Of a stretch of 64,000 nt of DNA, positions 51,768 through 58,797 are shown in pieces. The DNA lies in contig CAWEQH010000004.1 of NCBI GenBank assembly GCA_963811165.1, positions 480,001 to 544,000 of the forward strand, given 5' to 3'. The translations under genes and the position numbers were made by a program. The number at the start of each line of letters is the position of its first letter. Within the stretch, counting starts at the first letter, position 1. The notes under the pieces were generated by a model. The model saw only the letters and a program-made list of their open reading frames with translations, was not told where the DNA came from and made no database searches. Source of the stretch: an uncultured Nitrospiraceae bacterium (GTDB lineage: Bacteria; Nitrospirota; Thermodesulfovibrionia; Thermodesulfovibrionales; UBA6898).

Positions 51768-51783
51768 CTGTTTCCTCCTTGTA

Positions 51784-51885
51784 AGTGTCAGTGACTAGTG
51801 TCAGTGTCAGCGGGCAGTGTCAGTTTATGAATAAAATCGTTTGAGTCCTTTGGGTCCTTGCCGGCACACTGACACTAGACACTGA
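51784..51885. repeat. Short AGTGTC/GACACT repeats forming an imperfect inverted repeat between hisC and aroF
   Basis: gtgtcagtgactagtgtcagtgtcag ... cactgacactagacactga. Confidence 0.55.
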
Positions 51886-52948
51886 TTGCTGTTTTTAGCG
51901 CCTCGATGAACCTTCTGTTTTCCTCCGGAAGGCCGATAGTCACCCTGAGTGCGTTCGGTCCCATCGGTCTTACGATGACGCCCATTTTCAGAAGTTTTTC
52001 GTAAAGGGCGACGGCCCCCTTGACAGGCATGTATACAAAGTTCGCCTCCGTAGGGACAAAAGAAATTCCGAGCACACCCAGCTCGCGGGAGAGGTACGCC
52101 TTCCCGTCCTCGTTTACCTGGCGTGAGCGGCTGACATGTGCCTTATCCGTAAGGGCGGCGATCCCCGCCTTTTGAGCTATCGTGCTTGTATTGAAAGGGG
52201 CCCTCAGCCTGTTCATGTCGGTCAGGATCTCTTTCCTGGCGATACCGTAGCCAAGCCTGAGTCCGGCAAGACCGTATATCTTCGAAAAGGTCCTCAGTAT
52301 GAGGATGTTCTTTTCGGACCTGAGGTATTTCATGCTGTCCGCATAATCAGGGTCGGCGACGTACTCATAGTAGGCCTCGTCCATGACGACAAGGACATCA
52401 TCCGGCACCTTCCTCATCATCATCTCGAATTCGTCTTTCTTGTTGATGGTCCCGGTCGGGTTGTTCGGGTTGGCGATGAAGATCATCTTCGTAAGAGGGG
52501 TAATGGCGTCTGCCATCGCAGAGAGATCGTGGGTGTAATTAGTGAGAGGGACCTGGACAGATTTTCCGCCTACCGACTGGACGGCCATGAAATATACGAC
52601 GAAAGAAGGCGTTGCCATGACCGCCTCGTCGCCGTCTTTCATGAACGTCTTTGCGGCGAGGTCGAGGAGTTCATTCGAGCCGTTGCCGAGGATTATCTCT
52701 TCATCGCTGACCCCCAGCTCTTTCGAAAGGGCACTCTTAAGATAGAACCCCGAGCCGTCGGGGTAACGGTTGATGTCGGCAAAGCCTTCGCCGATCGCCT
52801 TTAGCGCGGCAGGGGAAGGACCCACCGGGTTTTCGTTAGAAGCGAGCTTGATCGAGTTTGATATGCCGAGTTCCCGCTCGAGTTCCTCGATAGGTTTGCC
52901 GGGAACGTAGGGCTGGATTCCCAGGACGTATTCGGGCGGCCGGATCAT
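51875..52948 (-). CDS. hisC: Histidinol-phosphate aminotransferase
   Basis: KLASNEN, YPD, GNGS.E, NPNNPTG, DEAY and RTFSK.YGLAGLR motifs. Confidence 0.97.
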   Translation of the reverse strand: MIRPPEYVLGIQPYVPGKPIEELERELGISNSIKLASNENPVGPSPAALKAIGEGFADINRYPDGSGFYLKSALSKELGVSDEEIILGNGSNELLDLAAKTFMKDGDEAVMATPSFVVYFMAVQSVGGKSVQVPLTNYTHDLSAMADAITPLTKMIFIANPNNPTGTINKKDEFEMMMRKVPDDVLVVMDEAYYEYVADPDYADSMKYLRSEKNILILRTFSKIYGLAGLRLGYGIARKEILTDMNRLRAPFNTSTIAQKAGIAALTDKAHVSRSRQVNEDGKAYLSRELGVLGISFVPTEANFVYMPVKGAVALYEKLLKMGVIVRPMGPNALRVTIGLPEENRRFIEALKTAISV

Positions 52949-54018
52949 TGCATATTCCCCTGCGGGTAGGAGCCGAGGACCTTGAGATACAGGCAATTGT
53001 CCGTCAACCCGTCGATGGCTTTTTTTATCTTCTTGTCTTCCACGTGGCCCTCCATGTCAACGAAAAATATATACTCCCACGCCTTCCGCTTTGACGGCCT
53101 GGACTCGATCTTGGTGAGATTGATCTTCGCCCGCTTAAAAGGCAATAAGACGTCGTAGAGGGACCCGGGCTTGTGTTTGATTGAAAACATAATGGATGTC
53201 TTGTCGTTGCCGGTCCTGTGGGGGAATTCCTTTGAGATGACCAGGAACCGCGTGATATTGCGGCGGCTGTCCTGGATGTCCCGTTCAATTATGTTGAGGT
53301 CATACATGCGCGCGGCGATCTCGCTGGCTATAGCGGCCGACGCCGGGTCTTTGGAGGCCAGTTCTGCAGCCTTCGCCGTGCTGGTGGATTCGGCGATCGG
53401 GACACCCGGCATGTTCGCCTCGAGCCAGCCCCTGCATTGTGCCAGTCCCTGCGGATGCGAATATACCTTTTTTATCTTCGAACGGTTGGTCTGCTTCGAA
53501 AGCAGATTGTGGGACACCTCGATGATGATCTCTGCGACGACCTGCAGATCGGAATCCATGAACATGTCAAGCGTATGGCTTACGACGCCTTCGTTTGAGT
53601 TCTCGATAGGTACGACGCCGTACTCCGCCTTTCGGGACTCGACGTTTTCGAATACCTTCTTTATGCTGTCTACGGGCACAAAGGCGGCGGACGAACCGAA
53701 GTGGCGCAGGGCCGCCAGGTGAGTGAAGGTGCCCAGAGGTCCGAGGCAGGACACTTTGAGTGGTTCCTCAAGCGCAAGCGAGGCAGCGAGTATCTCCCGG
53801 TAAATTGCCTTTAACGCGTCATTGGGGAAAGGGCCCTTGTTATTGTTTGCGAGCCTCTGAAGTATCTGGCGTTCGCGGTCGGGTTTATAGAAGGTGGATT
53901 TCTGATGTCGCTTGATCCTGCCGACATCAACCACGAACTCGGCGCGCCTGTTGAGGAGCTTGATTATCTCATCGTCGGTCTTGTCGATACTGCTTCTGAG
54001 TTTTTTGAGTTCTTTCAT
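52945..54018 (-). CDS. pheA: Chorismate mutase/prephenate dehydratase
   Basis: N-terminal CM domain. LGP.GTF, PIENS.EG, SHPQ..AQC, N.TRF and ESRP motifs. Confidence 0.97.
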   Translation of the reverse strand: MKELKKLRSSIDKTDDEIIKLLNRRAEFVVDVGRIKRHQKSTFYKPDRERQILQRLANNNKGPFPNDALKAIYREILAASLALEEPLKVSCLGPLGTFTHLAALRHFGSSAAFVPVDSIKKVFENVESRKAEYGVVPIENSNEGVVSHTLDMFMDSDLQVVAEIIIEVSHNLLSKQTNRSKIKKVYSHPQGLAQCRGWLEANMPGVPIAESTSTAKAAELASKDPASAAIASEIAARMYDLNIIERDIQDSRRNITRFLVISKEFPHRTGNDKTSIMFSIKHKPGSLYDVLLPFKRAKINLTKIESRPSKRKAWEYIFFVDMEGHVEDKKIKKAIDGLTDNCLYLKVLGSYPQGNMQ

Positions 54019-54233
54019 ATGCAATTGTTATTGAGCACCATGCGAAAAAAGGCAAGCTCTCAGTCGGAAAATAATAATAATTCATTTTTTCTTATTTTTT
54101 CAAGAGGTTGGAGGGTACAGGCGTGATGAAAGGGAAAGAGTCGCACGGGGGCCCTTTTTTCGGCATACTCTCAATGGGAAATCCCTAGTCGGACCTCTTT
54201 AGCTTTAGGGGCCAATAATGGTATATTTTCCAA

Positions 54234-55472
54234 ATGGACAAAATGCGGCCCGACAGGGAACCGTTTCATTACGGATGGATAATTGCAGGCACCGGAACGC
54301 TTTGTATCATGGCATGTCTGGGTTTCGGCCGTTTCGCATTAGGCATGCTTCTTCCCTCGATGGCCACGACACTCCGCCTTAGCTACTCGCAGATGGGCTT
54401 TATCAGTACAGTAAATTTCCTGGGCTACCTGGTGGCGGTATTGGCCAGCGGTTTCTGGGTTGCCAGGATAGGATCGCGAAGATTGATTTTTATCTCGCTG
54501 CTTGTCGTCGGCGTCTCGATGTCCCTTATCAGTCAGGCAAAGAGTTTCCCTTACGTGCTCGTTCTCTACGGGCTCACGGGGCTTGGAAGCGGCGCTACGA
54601 ATGTGCCGGTGATGGGGCTGGTTTCCCCATGGTTCTCCCGAACCAAAAGGGGGAGGGCGGCGGGATTTATCGTGATCGGCAGCGGATTTGCCATCATCAT
54701 CTCCGGTAAACTCATCCCCTTCATTAACAAGCTCTCCGGAGCTGAAGGATGGAGGGTGAGCTGGCTTGTACTAGGCGGCGCCGTCATCCTCATCGCGTTC
54801 TTAAGTTATCTGCTGCTCAGAGACAGGCCCGAAGAAAAGGGGCTGAAGCCGCTTGGGGGAGAAAGCACTGCTTCTCCGTCTACGGTCGCCCAAAGGGGGA
54901 AACAGAATATCTATGCCAGCGGAATTATGTATTATCTGGGGACGATATACTTCCTCTTCGGATATACCTACGTGATATATGCGACCTTTATCGTAACCTC
55001 CCTGGTAAAGGAGAGGGGGTTTTCAGAATCCGTTGCAGGAGATTTCTGGGCCTGGGTGGGGTTTCTGAGCCTTTTTTCCGGCCCTGTATTCGGGACGCTC
55101 TCGGACCGACTGAGCAGAAAGGCGGGACTGATCATCGTGTTTTCACTTCAGATGCTTTCATATCTCCTTGCGGCGTCGGGGCTGCCCGGGGTCTTTCTGT
55201 ATCTGTCGATTGGCTTTTACGGCATTGTCGCCTGGAGCATTCCCTCTATTATGGCTGCGGCGGTCGGCGATTATGTGGGGGCGCGGAAGGCGGCCTCCGC
55301 ATTTGGTCTGGTCACCTTCATCTTCGGTTTCGGCCAGATTTCGGGGCCCGCGGTAGCCGGGTTGCTGGCCGAAAAGACCGGGAGTTTTTCGAGCAGTTTT
55401 TATATGGCCGCATTCTTTGCGGGCGTGGCCATCCTCTTTACCGCCTTCCTGAAAAAACCGAAAGCCGCTTAA
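54234..55472 (+). CDS. MFS transporter (YbfB/YjiJ-like)
   Basis: GFGRFA.G.LLP.M, N.LGYL, Y.IY.TF and GQI.GP motifs; about 12 TMs. Confidence 0.92.
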   Translation: MDKMRPDREPFHYGWIIAGTGTLCIMACLGFGRFALGMLLPSMATTLRLSYSQMGFISTVNFLGYLVAVLASGFWVARIGSRRLIFISLLVVGVSMSLISQAKSFPYVLVLYGLTGLGSGATNVPVMGLVSPWFSRTKRGRAAGFIVIGSGFAIIISGKLIPFINKLSGAEGWRVSWLVLGGAVILIAFLSYLLLRDRPEEKGLKPLGGESTASPSTVAQRGKQNIYASGIMYYLGTIYFLFGYTYVIYATFIVTSLVKERGFSESVAGDFWAWVGFLSLFSGPVFGTLSDRLSRKAGLIIVFSLQMLSYLLAASGLPGVFLYLSIGFYGIVAWSIPSIMAAAVGDYVGARKAASAFGLVTFIFGFGQISGPAVAGLLAEKTGSFSSSFYMAAFFAGVAILFTAFLKKPKAA

Positions 55473-55699
55473 AGGGACGGCGCCGATCGTGCAAAGGTCT
55501 GGGAAATCAGCCCTAGTTGTCACTATATTTGACCTCACAGAAAATGTCTGATAGAGCCGCGTGCGACTTGCACCGACAACATCACACCGACACTATATCT
55601 CAGAGCGTGACAATTACCGATCACAACCTGCATTTTTCTGAAGAAGATGAATTACAGAGTACATGGCTCTATCACAGCGTTACGCCGCTCATGGCACAA

Positions 55700-56260
55700 T
55701 TACTCAATAATCAGAGAACCGACTGACTCAGCCTGCCCGCCGCGTACTGGCCAAACGTTGAAGAGGCCCGCCTTACTGCCGTAATACGGTGTGCCATCCC
55801 CTGTATCGACGACCCACGCGTTGATCGCATCGTTCGCCTTCGTAGTAGACGTCCAGTTGCCGTACGACTGCACACTGATGAAGACATTCCCCTCCGTCCA
55901 CTTCGCCGTGCCTGCGTCGTTCGTCAACGACGGATAAGTGAAGCCGTATCTGTTAGCCTGGGTGACCATCGCCATCAACTCGACCTTAGTAGGCAGCCGC
56001 CAGTCCCCTTCACGTGAATTATCATATAAGTCGCACTCTTGGGGGGCAAGGCCCTTAACCCATGCCATGGCGTCATGCCAACTAAGATATGGCATGCAGT
56101 GTGCATTCTGGAGCCATATCAGGCCTGTCCTGCAATCGGTAACCGTTCCATCGGCATTGTTCACATACCTCACACTGTTGCATTCATCAGCATAGGCCCA
56201 AGTCCCGAACAACACCAAAACTAACGACAATACTATGATCCTTCCAACCTTCATACTCAT
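55700..56260 (-). CDS. Secreted DUF1566 (Lcl C-terminal, C-type lectin-like) protein
   Basis: Signal peptide. N.DGTVTD..TGL.W, W..A, DWRLPT..EL, WTST, AW.V and VWPVRGG motifs. Confidence 0.9.
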   Translation of the reverse strand: MSMKVGRIIVLSLVLVLFGTWAYADECNSVRYVNNADGTVTDCRTGLIWLQNAHCMPYLSWHDAMAWVKGLAPQECDLYDNSREGDWRLPTKVELMAMVTQANRYGFTYPSLTNDAGTAKWTEGNVFISVQSYGNWTSTTKANDAINAWVVDTGDGTPYYGSKAGLFNVWPVRGGQAESVGSLIIE

Positions 56261-56586
56261 CCCTCCCTCTGTCTGAAAAATTGGCCTTAAACCACGGCAG
56301 CGGTAACTTCGCAGATGGAAAGTGCTGATTGAGCAAACGACGTGCTTGAAATTTTGTTTTATCTCCTCCCCAGGTAGTTGCCGCAGTCTAGCAACAAACC
56401 AGTACAAAATACAATAAAAAAATCTTCCGATTCATTATTATTTCAATAAGTTTTGGCTGCGGTGCGGCATTTTTGAACATCCGATTGTTTCCGCTGGAAT
56501 ACCTCACCTCTGGCAAGAAATTGACAGTTTCGAGTACAGGAAGAAGTCGAAAAGTTTATTGAGCCTCAGCTAAACAGGCTCGCCTT

Positions 56587-57171
56587 TTATGTTTTGTCCT
56601 TGCCAAGTATACGCTCAATCCGGCGATCAGGGACCAGCCACATCAGCGCGACGAACACATAGATACTGCCCGCAATCCAAGGCTCATAAAATGCCGCCAG
56701 GATTGCAGTCCCATAGAGGACAGGTGACAGCTTTCCTTTGAGGTCACGACCGACCGCCTTCGCCAGTAGCGAGTCGTCGCCTTGGCTCGAAATAATGGTG
56801 TGCTGCAATACGAAATATGCAACTGCCGCCATAAGCAGAACGAAACCATAAAGCGCCATCGTTGCGGGAGCAAAATGATTCTCCCCCATCCAGCCTGTGA
56901 CGAACGGAAAAAGCGACAGCCAGAAGAGGAGGTGCAGGTTTGCCCACAAAACAGCCCCGGTCACATGTTGTGTGGTGTGCAACATGTGATGGTGATTGTT
57001 CCAGTAGATGGCCAGGTATACGAAGCTCAGCACGTAGCTCAGAAACACGGGCAGAAGCGGATTCAAAGCGGCAAAGTCAGCACCGTGCGGCACCTTCATT
57101 TCCAGTACCATGATGGTTATGATTATGGCGAGAACGCCGTCACTGAATGCTTCTAGTCTGTTTTTCCCCAT
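56587..57171 (-). CDS. TMEM175 (DUF1211) family K+ channel
   Basis: RLEAFSDGV.AI.IT.MVLE, SF......W..HH and LFW.SL.PF.T motifs. Confidence 0.95.
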   Translation of the reverse strand: MGKNRLEAFSDGVLAIIITIMVLEMKVPHGADFAALNPLLPVFLSYVLSFVYLAIYWNNHHHMLHTTQHVTGAVLWANLHLLFWLSLFPFVTGWMGENHFAPATMALYGFVLLMAAVAYFVLQHTIISSQGDDSLLAKAVGRDLKGKLSPVLYGTAILAAFYEPWIAGSIYVFVALMWLVPDRRIERILGKDKT

Positions 57172-57409
57172 AACCCTTTATCCGACCTTCCATCTTCCTT
57201 TCAATACCCTTAACATGGAATCGCCTGGTTGTCCAGCGGTGTTTGGCCGAGGTTTCAAATAAGGATAAGGGGAGCTCTCTGGGCAAAGGTCACAAACGAT
57301 TTACGTTGCAAATCCTGACTCCGCCAAAGCACATCAGAACGCTGTATTTCAGGAAGTAGTCGAAATTGGAACATGCTGTGTCAGGATGGTGAAGTCCTAC
57401 CTTTACAAC

Positions 57410-58438
57410 TCAGGCGTATTCAGCCAGGTCCCTGACGAGCCGCTCCGAATCTTCCCATCCCAGACAGGGGTCGGTGATCGACTTTCCGTACACGTTTTCA
57501 GAAATCTTTTGGGAGCCTTCGACGAGATAGCTTTCGATCATAAGGCCCTTTACCTTGTTCCTGAGAGTCTTGGAATGCTGCCGGCTCCTCATTACTTCTT
57601 TGGCGATCCTGGGCTGCTCGAAAAAGCGTTTGTTCGAATTTGCGTGGTTGGTGTCGACTATGATCGCGGGGAAGAGGAGGTTTCGTTTCTTATATGCTTC
57701 CGCCAGCCTTTTAAGGTCTTCATAGTGATAATTGGGAATATTGTACCCGTAGTGGTTTACGGCGCCCCTTAATATGCAGTGGGTGAGCGGATTGCCTGAT
57801 GTCTTTACCTCCCAGCCGTTATAGACAAAGACATGCGGCAGTTGGGAGGCCTGTACCGAATTGAGCATTACTTCGAGGTCCCCGCTTGTGGGGTTCTTCA
57901 TCCCCGACGGCACATCGAGTCCGCTTATGGTGAGCCGGTGGAGCTGGCTTTCGACCGACCTTGCGCCGATCGCAACATAGCTGAGGATGTCGGCAAGATA
58001 CGGATAGTTTCCCGGATAGAGCATTTCGTCGGCCGCAGTGAGATGAGACTCCTTCATTGCGCGGATATGCATCCTTCTGATTGCCTTCAACCCGTTGACC
58101 ATGTTTGGGGCCTCGGAGGGTTTGGGCTGGTGGGCCATGCCTTTATACCCTTCGCCGGTAGTCCGGGGCTTGTTGGTATAGATGCGGGGAATAAGGAGCA
58201 GCTTCTCCTTTACCTCTTCCTGGAGTTTGGCGAGCCTCGACACGTATTCGCAGACAGGGTCTTCATCGTCGGCAGAGCACGGGCCGATTATGACGAGGAA
58301 CTTGTCGCTTTCCCTCTTGAAAACCGATATGATCTCCTTGTCCCTCTTCTCTTTGACCTTTCGCAAATCTTCCGGCAGGGAGATCTTCTCCAGGATTTCC
58401 TTTACGCTGGGAATTTCCCGCACATATTGAAAGCTCAT
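57410..58438 (-). CDS. DAHP synthase class I-alpha (AroF/G/H type)
   Basis: GPCS, KPRTTG.GYKG, IGARS.E.Q.HR, KNPT.G, D.NH.NS, G.MIES and SITD.C.GW motifs. Confidence 0.96.
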   Translation of the reverse strand: MSFQYVREIPSVKEILEKISLPEDLRKVKEKRDKEIISVFKRESDKFLVIIGPCSADDEDPVCEYVSRLAKLQEEVKEKLLLIPRIYTNKPRTTGEGYKGMAHQPKPSEAPNMVNGLKAIRRMHIRAMKESHLTAADEMLYPGNYPYLADILSYVAIGARSVESQLHRLTISGLDVPSGMKNPTSGDLEVMLNSVQASQLPHVFVYNGWEVKTSGNPLTHCILRGAVNHYGYNIPNYHYEDLKRLAEAYKKRNLLFPAIIVDTNHANSNKRFFEQPRIAKEVMRSRQHSKTLRNKVKGLMIESYLVEGSQKISENVYGKSITDPCLGWEDSERLVRDLAEYA

Positions 58439-58561
58439 ATTCTTTCCCTCGATTCTTTCAAGACTAAATTTACGACTTCATTTTAATATATTTTAAAAAC
58501 ATTCTGCTATCTATCTGAGGCATCCCGAAGGCTGCTGGAGATTCTCCCATTATGTTTTTTC

Positions 58562-58768
58562 TTGACAGAAAGTAAAAAGCGGAGTAAAATTGTCCTGTAT
58601 ATGTTTTTGGGTGATCTGACCTCGTGAAAACCATTAAAAAAACTTAATTTGACATTGGGGGATCTATTTTATAAGCTAAATCATTGAAAAAGTATTTCAA
58701 TTGCTCAGCCCGCTTCAAAGAAGATTCAAACAATAGATTTCGTAGTGGGGTTCCTGAAATTTCAGGAA
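58562..58768 (+). promoter_or_regulatory. Tandem sigma70 promoters and two palindromes upstream of the multiheme cytochrome
   Basis: TTGACA-N17-TAAAAT (58562-58590), TTGACA-N17-TAAGCT (58649-58677), ATTGAAA-N5-TTTCAAT (58683-58701) and perfect TTCCTGAAATTTCAGGAA (58751-58768). Confidence 0.7.
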
Positions 58769-58797
58769 GGAATATTAACTTTAAACAGGGAGGAAAA

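Noticed and set aside
56330..56348. sigma54 promoter for the DUF1566 gene
   Set aside because: It has GCAC-N5-TTGC but lacks the invariant GG at -24.
58440..58797. GEMM-I (c-di-GMP/cGAMP) riboswitch like the one upstream of Geobacter pgcA
   Set aside because: I could not find the GNRA-tetraloop/receptor two-hairpin consensus by eye. An Infernal search with RF01051 would be decisive.
58684..58797. Longer N-terminus of the cytochrome given by the ORF track
   Set aside because: ATG at 58798 has a GGAGG RBS and begins a signal peptide; the upstream part overlaps promoter elements.
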